From NCBI GenBank assembly GCA_965248055.1, contig CBDFIJ010000004.1:2784001-2848000 (forward strand): DNA of 64,000 bases, read 5' to 3'. The translations under genes were made by a program, and so were the position numbers. The notes below the pieces were generated by a model. That model was not told where the DNA came from and did no database searches. It saw only the letters and a program-made list of their open reading frames with translations. This document shows, piece by piece, positions 51,803 through 60,950 of the stretch (the stretch's first letter is position 1; each line of letters begins with the position of its first letter). The stretch is from Candidatus Multivoradales bacterium (GTDB lineage: Bacteria; Acidobacteriota; Thermoanaerobaculia; Multivoradales; JAHEKO01).

Positions 51803-52971
51803 AGGGCAACTTTGATCCCCCTGTGTGGAATTGGCCTGAGGAGCGCCGTTGGGTGCTGGCCGCCGCTTATGGGGATCGGCTGCCAGACAAGCCCGAATGC
51901 CGGAGCGAGCTACTGTCGCAAGCGGCCTCCTCGATGGGCCTTGCCGCACGGATCGCTGCTCGCTGGTCGCGAGATCTGGATAGACGATTGGACTCTTCGT
52001 CGGCGCTGGAATTTCGCCGCGCTCGTACCAAGGTCGAGGGGACCAACTTACGATTGGACGCTGGGCTAGAGCTGGTAGAACAAGAGCTTGCTGCGCTCGG
52101 GGCCGCAGCAGTTCTGCTCAAGGGGATGGCTTTGCGCCGTCTCGGGTGGTCGCCCGCTGGCGGCAGGCCGATGGTCGATATCGATCTGTTGCTCGATCCG
52201 TCTGTGGCGCGTCAGCTTCAGGTCCGGTTGCAAGCGATTGGCTTCGCCAGCGCGGTCGAAGATCTTCCCGGAAAACACTTGCCGACTTTGACCCATGAGG
52301 AGTTCGGCGTGATCGAACTTCACAGGGCGATTCCGGGCTTGGGGTCGCTGAACAGCCCGGTCGATTTTCAGTCGGTCCGAGATAGCCTGATCGAGAAGAA
52401 CGCGAGTCGCGTCTACTTTCCAGAGCCTTTTCTGCTGGCCGCTCATGCTATTGCTCACGGCTGGCTCCTTGAGGGACACCTGGCAGGGTCGAGGGTCTTC
52501 ACCATGTTGGGAGATCTGATGGATATCTCAGCCGCACAGCCTTTGGATCAATGGTGGAGCGATGCGATGCACTGGCTGCCGACCATGCCTGGGGTTGATC
52601 AGCAGGCGTTGCAGCAGATTTGCGCCGATTGGCGCGCGACCACGGACCTTTCTCTTAGCTCGAAGGATCGCTGGAACCCGGCAACCTGGGCCGCGGCGCA
52701 GCGCCGCATTGTTGACCACGCGCTAGCTTTGGAAGTCGACAAACACTATCGATGGAGTCTGCGCAGCCACGGCGTCTGGCGTCAAGGATCAGCCCGGGCG
52801 ACAAGCAAAATCCTGCATCTGCTGTGGCCCAGTGCAGAAGTGCTGATCGATCGTTGGGGAATACCGCCAAGAGTGCTGGGTGGCTCGGTGTGGAGACTCC
52901 GCTGGTTCGGACATCTTGCGGTATCTGGAAGCCGGTTCTTGTATGGTTGGTCGCGCACTAAGGTCGGCTAA
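51784..52971 (+). CDS. Uncharacterised nucleotidyltransferase family protein (NTP_transf_5-like)
   Basis: VLLKGMAL, RPMVDIDLLL and IELH. Confidence 0.85.
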   Translation: MPGEPVKGNFDPPVWNWPEERRWVLAAAYGDRLPDKPECRSELLSQAASSMGLAARIAARWSRDLDRRLDSSSALEFRRARTKVEGTNLRLDAGLELVEQELAALGAAAVLLKGMALRRLGWSPAGGRPMVDIDLLLDPSVARQLQVRLQAIGFASAVEDLPGKHLPTLTHEEFGVIELHRAIPGLGSLNSPVDFQSVRDSLIEKNASRVYFPEPFLLAAHAIAHGWLLEGHLAGSRVFTMLGDLMDISAAQPLDQWWSDAMHWLPTMPGVDQQALQQICADWRATTDLSLSSKDRWNPATWAAAQRRIVDHALALEVDKHYRWSLRSHGVWRQGSARATSKILHLLWPSAEVLIDRWGIPPRVLGGSVWRLRWFGHLAVSGSRFLYGWSRTKVG

Positions 52972-53011
52972 GGGCTAACTTAGGCCGGAATTACGAGAAT
53001 TTGAGGACCCC

Positions 53012-53959
53012 GTGAAAGTCACTGAACATCTGCAGCGCGCAACCGAGCCGATGATTTCATTCGAGATCATTCCTCCGCTGCGCGGTGGAACTGCGACCGC
53101 ATTGTTGGGGTTGATTGACGATCTGGCGAAGTTCGATCCGCCCTTCATCGATATCACCAGCCACGCTGCGCAGGTGAGCTATGAGGAAACCGCCGAGGGA
53201 TTCCAGCGGCGGGTGAAGCGCAAGCGTCCGGGAACGCTGGGGATCTGCTCGTTGATTCAGCATAAGTATGGGATCGACGCGGTTCCCCATGTCCTGTGCC
53301 AGGGATTCACCCGCGAAGAGACCGAAGATTTCTTGATCGAGTTGAAGTACCTGGGCATTGACAACGTCTTGGCGGTTCGCGGTGATGACAGCGGGTTCGA
53401 AAAACCTCTGCGCTACGGGCGCAGTGCCAACCGCTACGCTTCGGATCTGGCGGCGCAAGTGCAGGCGATGAATCAGGGGAAATACTTGGAAGAACGGCTG
53501 TTGGATGCCGAGCCCTCCAATTTTTGTGTCGGCATTGGTGGTTATCCAGAGAAGCATTTCGAAGCGCCGAACCTGGAGGCGGATCTACGCCATACCAAGA
53601 CCAAAATCGAGGCCGGCGGTGAGTACATCGTCACCCAGATGTTCTTCGACAATCAACATTATTTTTCCTATGTTGAGTCTTGCCGCAGGGTTAGCATCGA
53701 GGTGCCGATTCTGCCTGGCATCAAGATCCTCAACTCCAAACGCCAGGTGACCTCAATTCCCCGCAATTTCTACTGCGAGTTGCCCGACGCGCTGGTCGCC
53801 GAAGCCGAGGCCAACCCCAAGCGAGTACTGGACGTGGGCATCGAGTGGGCCGCCCAACAAGCGCAGGGCCTGATCGACGGTGGTGCTCCAGCGATTCACT
53901 TCTACGTGATGGAAAGCGCGGAAGCAGTCGGTCGGGTGGTGGCCAAGCTCAAACTCTAG
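53012..53959 (+). CDS. metF: 5,10-methylenetetrahydrofolate reductase
   Basis: SFEIIPP, VLAVRGD, GYPEKHFEAPN, IVTQMFFDN and IHFY. Confidence 0.95.
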   Translation: MKVTEHLQRATEPMISFEIIPPLRGGTATALLGLIDDLAKFDPPFIDITSHAAQVSYEETAEGFQRRVKRKRPGTLGICSLIQHKYGIDAVPHVLCQGFTREETEDFLIELKYLGIDNVLAVRGDDSGFEKPLRYGRSANRYASDLAAQVQAMNQGKYLEERLLDAEPSNFCVGIGGYPEKHFEAPNLEADLRHTKTKIEAGGEYIVTQMFFDNQHYFSYVESCRRVSIEVPILPGIKILNSKRQVTSIPRNFYCELPDALVAEAEANPKRVLDVGIEWAAQQAQGLIDGGAPAIHFYVMESAEAVGRVVAKLKL

Positions 53960-54072
53960 TCCGCCGAACCAACCCATCTCCAGCGTCATCTCCCGGCTCG
54001 GCGTTTTTGACACGCTCGCATACATCAGCTGACCTAGATCAAACACCTGTGAGACAGCGCCGTTAGTCGCCG

Positions 54073-54170
54073 AGGCTGTGGGGGATGTGGGAATCTCGTG
54101 AGAGATTTCCAAGGGCTGTGGGAAGGCAAGCGTAGCTGGCTTTGCACCAGCCCATCATCATCCACAGCCT
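54073..54170. repeat. Nested inverted repeats (three-way-junction-like) in the IS left end
   Basis: Outer stem AGGCTGTGG/CCACAGCCT, inner hairpin GGGAATCTC-GTGA-GAGATTTCC and inner stem GGGCTG/CAGCCC. Confidence 0.75.
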
Positions 54171-54239
54171 TGACAAGTAAAAAGGGGGCCAAGATCCTTC
54201 GGGTCTATCGAATAACCCAAAACGAAGGGAGGCCCCCAG

Positions 54240-54459
54240 ATGCAAATCGTCGCACTCGATCCAAGTTTCTACAAGTACTACCGTGAAGACATCGTTGTCT
54301 TAGGCTCTCAGGCTCGTGATCGGCTGCGCTTGGTTGCGAGCTTCGAGCAACTACGCGACAAGGGGATCTCGGGTGAAGAAGCAGCTCAGATCTTGGGCAA
54401 GAGTCGAGCTACCCTTTACCGCTGGCGCAAACGCCTTGAACGTGGCCCCCGACATCTAG
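54240..54459 (+). pseudogene. IS481-like transposase, 5' fragment (HTH)
   Basis: AAQILGKSRATLYRWRKRL. It joins the 3' fragment in frame once the inner IS is removed. Confidence 0.9.
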
Positions 54460-55775
54460 GAGCTTGCTGAAAAACCCCACCACCGGACCATAACGATTCT
54501 ATAATTGGGAATAGGAGGTTTTGATGCGTGGATCGGATCAAGGTCAGGGATCAATGTTCAGCTACGTTGACCTGGAACGGCGAATTCCTCGGTCTCATCC
54601 GTTGCGGCGGATCCGAAGTTTGATGGACGAAGCTCTTGGAGAGCTATCGGAGCGTTTTGAGACGATCTACGCTTCGAGTGGTCGCCCTTCGATTCCCCCC
54701 GAGCGTCTGCTCCGCGCATTGCTGCTTCAAGTGCTCTTCAGCGTGCGTAGTGAACGCCAGCTGATGGAGCAACTTGAGTACAACCTTCTATTTCGCTGGT
54801 TTGTCGGTCTTGGTATCGACGAGCGGGTGTGGGACGCGACGACGTTTTGCAAGAACCGAGAGCGCTTGCTCGAAGGTTCGATCGCGGAAGAACTGTTTGC
54901 AGCGGTGCTGTCTCAAGCCGAGGACCGTGATCTGCTGTCACCGGATCACTTCAGCGTTGATGGCACACTGATCGAGGCTTGGGCTTCGCACAAGAGCTTT
55001 CGGCCAAAGGACGAAGAGGTTAAACCTCTGGACGGTGGAGCGGACTTCCGAGGCCAGAAGCGGTTGAACCAAACGCACGCTTCGACGACCGACCCCGAGT
55101 CTCGGCTGTCGCGAAAAGGCCGTGGTAAGGAAGCAAAACTAAGCTACCGGGGCAACATTCTGGTCGAGAACCGGCACGGGATGATTGTCAACACCGAGGT
55201 CAACATCGTCACCGGCAACGGTGAGACAACAGCGGCTCTGGCCATGCTGGAGCAGCGGGCTAGCAATCATCGCGTCACGGTGGGTGCTGACAAGGGCTAT
55301 GACAACCGAGCGTTTGTAGAGAATGCGAGGAAGCTGAATGCGACACCTCACGTAGCGCAAAGCACCAAGAATCGCCGCAGCCGGATTGACCGACGCACCA
55401 CTCGCCACGCAGGTTACGAGATCAGCTTGGCGAGACGACCGAGAGTCGAGGCACCCTTCGGCTGGCTCAAACAGTACGGACTGCAACGCAGACCGATGTT
55501 TCGAGGCGTAGCCCGCATCGGTTGGTCTTTCACTTTTGCGGCAACAGCGTTTAACTTGCTCCGAATAGCCAATCTGAGCGCGCCAACATGACGAATTTCT
55601 ATCCCAAGTGCTCCTCAAATCGCTCGAATCACCCGTTAGGGCGAATCGAAGAGCTGACCCAAGGGGTCACCAACACCCTCAACTCGCCAGCCACCTTGAT
55701 TCGTCTCCACATTCAAAGTACTTCGACCGTTATGACCACTGAAATTAGCTCCGTTGCCCTTTTTTCAGCAGGCTG
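54460..55775 (+). mobile_element. IS5-family insertion sequence (1316 bp) with CTAG target duplication
   Basis: IRL GAGCTTGCTGAAAAA and IRR TTTTTCAGCAGGCTG match at 13/15. CTAG lies at 54456-54459 and 55776-55779. Confidence 0.92.
54524..55591 (+). CDS. IS5-family DDE transposase
   Basis: HPLR, GRPSIPPE.LLRA, RSERQL, FSVDGTLI, TTDP, GADKGYD and R..VE..FGW.K, with an AGGAGG RBS. Confidence 0.93.
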   Translation: MRGSDQGQGSMFSYVDLERRIPRSHPLRRIRSLMDEALGELSERFETIYASSGRPSIPPERLLRALLLQVLFSVRSERQLMEQLEYNLLFRWFVGLGIDERVWDATTFCKNRERLLEGSIAEELFAAVLSQAEDRDLLSPDHFSVDGTLIEAWASHKSFRPKDEEVKPLDGGADFRGQKRLNQTHASTTDPESRLSRKGRGKEAKLSYRGNILVENRHGMIVNTEVNIVTGNGETTAALAMLEQRASNHRVTVGADKGYDNRAFVENARKLNATPHVAQSTKNRRSRIDRRTTRHAGYEISLARRPRVEAPFGWLKQYGLQRRPMFRGVARIGWSFTFAATAFNLLRIANLSAPT

Positions 55776-55779
55776 CTAG

Positions 55780-56597
55780 AACCGATATCAAGCCGACCCA
55801 AGCGGGTGCGTAAGGCTGACTGGTCACCTGAATTGGTACAGAGAGTCGAAAGTCTCCGTCGAGACTTTCCTGCCTGGGGCAAGGAAACCCTAGCGCCGCT
55901 GATCCAGGGCGAGGGCTTTGAGGTATCAGAAGCCACTGTCGGGCGTATCTTGCGCAAATTGATGGATCGAGGGGTAATCCACCGGGTACGCTACCGGCGC
56001 CAGAAGTACAAAAACTCCCGGCGTATGCGCCGGCTCCACGCTCAGCGACTGCCGAAATGGTGTCCCCGACCAACGCGCCCTGGCGAGCGACTGCAGATCG
56101 ACACGCTGCATCTGGTCCCTGCTCCAGGCAAGTGGCTCAAACACTTTTCAGCCTCCTGTCCGGTCAGCCGGTGGACAGTGGGAGAGATCTATCAACGTGC
56201 CACTTCTCGCTGTGCAGCACGCTTTCTAGACAAAGTCATTGCCGAGTGTCCGTTTGACATCACCTCGATCCAAGTGGACGGTGGTAGTGAATTTATGGAT
56301 GAATTTGAGAAAGCCTGCCGAGATAGAGGCATCACCCTCTATGTGCTGCCGCCAAAGAGTCCGAAGCTCAACGGCACCGTCGAACGAATGCAGGAAACCT
56401 GGAGAGGAGAGTTTTATGAAATGTATGAGCTACCCGATACTGTCTCGGCTTTGAGACCTTACATCCAGAGATTCCAGGACCTCTACAACACCTACAGGCC
56501 GCACAAGAGCTTGAAAAGAAAACCCCCGGCAAGGTACCTTAGAAAGCTCGACCCAGGGGTCGTGCTCCCGCCGACTGTCTCAAAGGTACTGATCTAG
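55780..56597 (+). pseudogene. IS481-like transposase, 3' fragment (integrase core)
   Basis: WGKE.L, VSEATVGRIL, LQIDT, IQVDGGSEF, NGTVER and YN..RPH. Confidence 0.9.
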
Positions 56598-56606
56598 GAC
56601 ATCAGC

Positions 56607-56636
56607 TTGACAGCGGGCGCCGTGAGTCATTAGGTT
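56607..56636 (+). promoter_or_regulatory. Putative sigma70-type promoter of the riboswitch-metH leader
   Basis: TTGACA (56607-56612), an 18-bp spacer and TAGGTT (56631-56636), a few bases before the aptamer 5' end. Confidence 0.7.
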
Positions 56637-56640
56637 TAGC

Positions 56641-56760
56641 CTGCATCAAGAGCGTTCGGGTGACCGAACGCGGCAACCTGGGAAGGACACCCAAGGTGCC
56701 AACCCGCCAACCCGCGGTGGGGATGTGGTCGGCCACGGTAAGCCGGTAACGAAGGTCCCA
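56641..56760 (+). ncRNA. SAM riboswitch, SAM-I/IV-like
   Basis: Core motifs GCATCAAGAG, GGCAACC, GGTGCCAA and GATG. P2 is a simple hairpin (CGTTCGG-GTGA-CCGAACG). P4 and a short P5 are present, and L3 GGAC is complementary to the 3' GTCC. It lies upstream of metH. Confidence 0.88.
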
Positions 56761-56768
56761 AATCTTAC

Positions 56769-56797
56769 CCGTGCCGATTCTTGTGGCACGGTTTTTT
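56769..56797 (+). terminator. Riboswitch-controlled intrinsic terminator
   Basis: CCGTGCC-N9-GGCACGG followed by TTTTTT. Confidence 0.85.
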
Positions 56798-56840
56798 GTA
56801 TTTGGAGATGCCTAGTTGACGTTTGAGGTGTGAGGAATCA

Positions 56841-59800
56841 ATGAGCAGTATTGAAATCGATACCGAATCGCTAGTTGCGGAGTCCATAGTTCCAGAAACG
56901 CTAGCCCCACCGAGCGATCTGAAACAGCGCCAAGCCTCTTTGGCGGATGCGCTCCAAGAGCGGATCTTGGTGTTGGACGGTGCCACCGGGACAGCACTGC
57001 AAGACGCTGATCTTCAGCCCACTGACTTCGGGCGAGCCGAGTGGGAGGGTTGTAACGAGGCACTGTGTGAGACCAGGCCAGACGTCATTCTCGGGGTACA
57101 CCGCATCTATCTGAACGCGGGTGCGGACATTGTTGAGACCAATTCTTTTGGCAGCACGCCCTTGGTGCTGGCGGAATTCGATGTGGCGGAGAAGGCATTT
57201 GATTGGAGTCGACTGTCCGCGCAGCTCGCACGCCAAGCAGTGGCCGAGGTTGCCGCACAACGGACTGCCTTTGTCTGCGGTTCAATGGGACCAACAACCA
57301 AGGCGCTGTCGGTCACCGGGGGCGTTAGCTATGACCAACTGGTTCAGCACTTCTGCGTTCAAGCGTGCGGGTTGATGGCTGGTGGTTGTGATTATATTCT
57401 GATCGAAACCTGCCAGGACACGCTCAACATCAAGGCGGCGGTGGAAGGAGTTCGTGGCGCCGTCGCCAAATGCGGCTGGAGCATCCCAATTGCCGTCTCG
57501 GTGACCATCGAAACTAGCGGCACCATGCTCGCCGGACAAGATGCCGAAGCTCTGGCAGTCTCGCTGGCACACCTTGATCTGCTCTATTTAGGGCTCAACT
57601 GCGCCACAGGTCCGGACTTGATGGCGGACTCGCTGCGCACTCTCTCAGAGCTGGCGCGGGTGCCGGTTGCCTGTGTCCCCAATGCTGGGCTACCAGACGA
57701 GAATGGCATCTACCAACAGCGACCGGCGGACTTTGTCGAGGCGTTTTCCAGATTTCTCGACCAGGGGTGGGTTAATTTGGTTGGCGGTTGCTGTGGCACC
57801 GAAGCGGAGCACGTGCGAGCGCTCGCAGACCTAGTGCGAGGCCGCACGCCGAGGCCACTGGCGGTTCATTCACGTCGCTTGGTGTCTGGAATCGAGGCGG
57901 CGGAACTCGACGCCGACAGTCGCCCTCTGCTGGTAGGGGAACGGACCAACATTTTGGGCAGCAGGAAGTTTCGAGGTCTGATCGCATCCGGAGACTTTGA
58001 GACCGCCGCCGAGGTCGGGCGTTCTCAAGTTCGAGGTGGCGCCCAGGTGGTTGATGTATGCCTGCAAGATCCGGAGCGCGATGAAGCCGCAGAAATGAAG
58101 CAATTCTTGACAGTGCTGACCAAGAAGGTGCGAGCACCGTTGATGATCGACACCACCGATCCAGAGGTGATGGCGGTGGCTCTCCGCCTATGCCAGGGAA
58201 AGGCGGTACTCAATTCGGTCAATCTAGAAGACGGCGAAGAACGTTTTCTCCGGGTCGTGGCTCTGGCTCTCAAGAATGGAGCTGCGATGATCGTCGGCCT
58301 GATCGACGAGCAAGGGATGGCGGTCTCGGTGGAACGTAAGATCGAGGTCGCTCAGCGATCGGTAGATGTCATGCGTCGTGAAGGAGTTCGAGATGAAGAC
58401 GTCTGGTGGGACGCCTTGGTCTTTCCTTGCGGCACCGGAGACCCTGAGTACGTTGGTTCAGCGGCCGCGACGCTGGCCGGTGTCGAGCGACTGAAAAGCG
58501 AATTTCCTCTCTCGTCAACCGTACTCGGCGTTTCCAATATCAGCTTTGGGTTGCCGCTGCCAGGGCGCGAGGTATTGAATTCCGTGTTCTTGCATCGCGC
58601 GACGCTGGCCGGTTTGGACGCCGCGATCGTCAACACTGAGAGACTCGCCCGATTTGCCGAGATCGCCTCTGAGGACCGGAATCTGTGCGACCAACTGCTG
58701 AATCTGCAGGCGGGTGAAACCGAGAAGGCCGATACCGCGGTCCAGGAATTCACCGCCCATTTTCGCACTCGCAAAGTGGTGGCGACCAAACCGCGTAGTG
58801 AAATGCCACTGGCAGAGCGGCTGGCCAATGCGGTGATCGAGGGGAGTCGCGAGTTCCTGGTCGAAGATCTGGAGGTGGCCTTGTCTGAAGAGCAGTGGCC
58901 AACCCCGCTAGCAGTGATCAACGGCCCGTTGATGACCGGAATGGATGAGGTCGGGCGGCGATTCAACGCCAATGAGCTGATCGTTGCCGAGGTGCTGCAG
59001 AGCGCCGAAGTGATGAAGGGCGCGGTCGACTACTTGGAACCCTTCATGGACAAGGACGAAACCGCCTCGCGCGGCCGCGTGCTATTGGCGACCGTCAAGG
59101 GCGACGTTCATGACATCGGCAAGAATCTGGTCGATATTGTGCTTTCAAACAACGGCTTCGAGGTGGTCAATCTTGGCATCAAGGTGCCGAGCGAGACTTT
59201 GATTCAAGCCGCGCGGGAACACCAACCCGATCTCATCGGTCTTTCAGGCCTGTTGGTCAAGAGCGCTCACCAAATGGTAGCTACCGCGTCGGACTTGCGT
59301 GCGGCTGGAGTCGAGGCACCACTGTTGGTGGGAGGGGCTGCATTGTCGCGCCGTTTTACCCATCAACGAATCGCGACCGAGTACGCTGGTCTGTGCACCT
59401 ACGCCAAAGACGCAATGCACGGATTGGAGTTGGTGCGCCGCATTCTGGACCCAGCTCTGCGTTCGGAGTTGGATGGCGAAGTGGCTGAAGCCCAAGCCAC
59501 CGATCGAGCACAAGGGGTGGGGTCAACGCGCATCAGCAACGCCCGTCGCGCTGCCAAGCCGAAGATTGACAACGATTTTGCTGCACCAGTGCCACCCGAT
59601 TTGCGGTTGCACCGAGAGAACTTCGCGGTCGAAGACATCTGGCCTTGGGTTAATCCACAAATGCTGTATGGCAAGCATCTTGGCCTGCGCGGTTCGGTGG
59701 CCAAACTCGCCCAACAGCAGGATGGAAAGCACCAGTTGTTGCAAGCTGCGGTGCAACAAGCGCAAGCGGACTGGAAGGAGCATCAATTCGAGGTGCGCGG

Positions 59801-60365
59801 CGTGTGGCGCTTCGTGGCGGCAAGACGCGACCAGGATCAAATACTGTTGAGTTTGCCGGAGTATCACTCGCTGGTGGGTTGGAGTTTTTCGCGCCGGGCC
59901 GAGTCCGATCAGCTCTCGTTGGTCGACTACATTCTTCCCGAGGATCATTTGGCGCTGTTCGCGGTAACCGTCGATCGGCGAGTGGCAGAGCGCTCCCGAG
60001 TTCTAAAAGACGCCGGGGAGTATTTGGCGAGCCACACCTTGGCGGCGTTGGCGTTAGAGACTGCCGAGGCGGCAGCCGAATTCTTGCATCGCAATCTGCG
60101 CCAAGCGTGGGGCTTTGGAGATCCTGAGTCAACGACTGTGGCTGATGTGATCAAGGGCCGGTATCGCGGCCGTCGATACAGCTTCGGCTATCCAGCGTGC
60201 CCGGATCTTGAGGGGCAGCGGTTGCTGCTCGAAGTGCTAGATGCGCCGTCGATTGACCTTCAGCTGACCGATGGCGACATGATGGACCCGGAAGCGTCGG
60301 TTTCGGCTTTGGTATTCCATCACCCGGAAGCCAAGTACTTCGGTGTCGCCGAAGGCCTAGATTAA
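56841..60365 (+). CDS. metH: Cobalamin-dependent methionine synthase
   Basis: LDGATGT, GLNCATG, GGCCGT, GERTN, DVHDIGKN, SGLL and RYSFGYPACPDL. GAGG precedes ATG 56841. Confidence 0.97.
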   Translation: MSSIEIDTESLVAESIVPETLAPPSDLKQRQASLADALQERILVLDGATGTALQDADLQPTDFGRAEWEGCNEALCETRPDVILGVHRIYLNAGADIVETNSFGSTPLVLAEFDVAEKAFDWSRLSAQLARQAVAEVAAQRTAFVCGSMGPTTKALSVTGGVSYDQLVQHFCVQACGLMAGGCDYILIETCQDTLNIKAAVEGVRGAVAKCGWSIPIAVSVTIETSGTMLAGQDAEALAVSLAHLDLLYLGLNCATGPDLMADSLRTLSELARVPVACVPNAGLPDENGIYQQRPADFVEAFSRFLDQGWVNLVGGCCGTEAEHVRALADLVRGRTPRPLAVHSRRLVSGIEAAELDADSRPLLVGERTNILGSRKFRGLIASGDFETAAEVGRSQVRGGAQVVDVCLQDPERDEAAEMKQFLTVLTKKVRAPLMIDTTDPEVMAVALRLCQGKAVLNSVNLEDGEERFLRVVALALKNGAAMIVGLIDEQGMAVSVERKIEVAQRSVDVMRREGVRDEDVWWDALVFPCGTGDPEYVGSAAATLAGVERLKSEFPLSSTVLGVSNISFGLPLPGREVLNSVFLHRATLAGLDAAIVNTERLARFAEIASEDRNLCDQLLNLQAGETEKADTAVQEFTAHFRTRKVVATKPRSEMPLAERLANAVIEGSREFLVEDLEVALSEEQWPTPLAVINGPLMTGMDEVGRRFNANELIVAEVLQSAEVMKGAVDYLEPFMDKDETASRGRVLLATVKGDVHDIGKNLVDIVLSNNGFEVVNLGIKVPSETLIQAAREHQPDLIGLSGLLVKSAHQMVATASDLRAAGVEAPLLVGGAALSRRFTHQRIATEYAGLCTYAKDAMHGLELVRRILDPALRSELDGEVAEAQATDRAQGVGSTRISNARRAAKPKIDNDFAAPVPPDLRLHRENFAVEDIWPWVNPQMLYGKHLGLRGSVAKLAQQQDGKHQLLQAAVQQAQADWKEHQFEVRGVWRFVAARRDQDQILLSLPEYHSLVGWSFSRRAESDQLSLVDYILPEDHLALFAVTVDRRVAERSRVLKDAGEYLASHTLAALALETAEAAAEFLHRNLRQAWGFGDPESTTVADVIKGRYRGRRYSFGYPACPDLEGQRLLLEVLDAPSIDLQLTDGDMMDPEASVSALVFHHPEAKYFGVAEGLD

Positions 60366-60811
60366 CCACCGCTGCCGAGTGCTCGCCAGCGGCGCTTCAA
60401 GGCGGCGATGGCGAAACCCAGATAGCGCAGAATCGCCTGGCTTCGGTGCGCAAGGGGAACGTTCGCTGCTTCCTTTCGATTGGTTCCCGAGACCACTTTG
60501 CCGAGCACCTGTTTCACGGCTACTGGGTGATCGATGCTGGGGCTGGCATCTCCAGCAGTGACCACAGAAAGCTGTCCACGAAAGGGACGCCAGCCCAGGA
60601 GTCGGTGAACCAGAAGGCCGTTTTCTCCTTCGACCACGATCACATCACCCGGTAGATAGATCTTTTTTCGTTGTACCTTTAGTAAGTCTCCTTCGACGAT
60701 CCACGGCGCCATACATTGGTTGCGTGCGGTGGCGTCAAAGGTGGAGAATCGCGCCTCGGTCAATTTGCTGGAAAGTGTTCGCCGAGAATTCATGGGTACA
60801 TAGAAGGTCAC
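60362..60811 (-). CDS. S24/S26-family (SipW/Sec11-like) peptidase-like protein
   Basis: CMAP...GD, GDVIV, VHR, T.GD and V.GKV motifs. The start is uncertain (ATG 60793 is possible). Confidence 0.75.
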   Translation of the reverse strand: MTFYVPMNSRRTLSSKLTEARFSTFDATARNQCMAPWIVEGDLLKVQRKKIYLPGDVIVVEGENGLLVHRLLGWRPFRGQLSVVTAGDASPSIDHPVAVKQVLGKVVSGTNRKEAANVPLAHRSQAILRYLGFAIAALKRRWRALGSGG

Positions 60812-60950
60812 TGATCTGACGGTGGGCTACATCGCGGCCTGGACCTGTCAGTCTACGGCGTGGTCAAGCAAAAGCCTACGCAAAGACCCTGAATCGCAGC
60901 AATCCTGACTCGCAACAGTTTTGAATTTATGGTGTTCAATCGGGTTGTTT

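Larger units (their letters stand above)
54030..56601 (+). mobile_element. IS481-like insertion sequence (1252 bp when reconstructed) with 5-bp duplication TCAGC, interrupted by an IS5-family element
   Basis: IRL 54030-54056 (TGACCTAGATCAAACACCTGTGAGACA) matches the reverse complement of IRR 56576-56601 (TGTCCTAGATCAGTACCTTTGAGACA) at 22/27. TCAGC lies at 54025-54029 and 56602-56606. Confidence 0.9.

Noticed and set aside
54170-54200. TTGACA inside element 2 as a transposase promoter or third target site
   Set aside because: There is no convincing -10 at 16-18 bp, and the preceding ACA is 3 bp away rather than 5 bp, with no IR or duplication.
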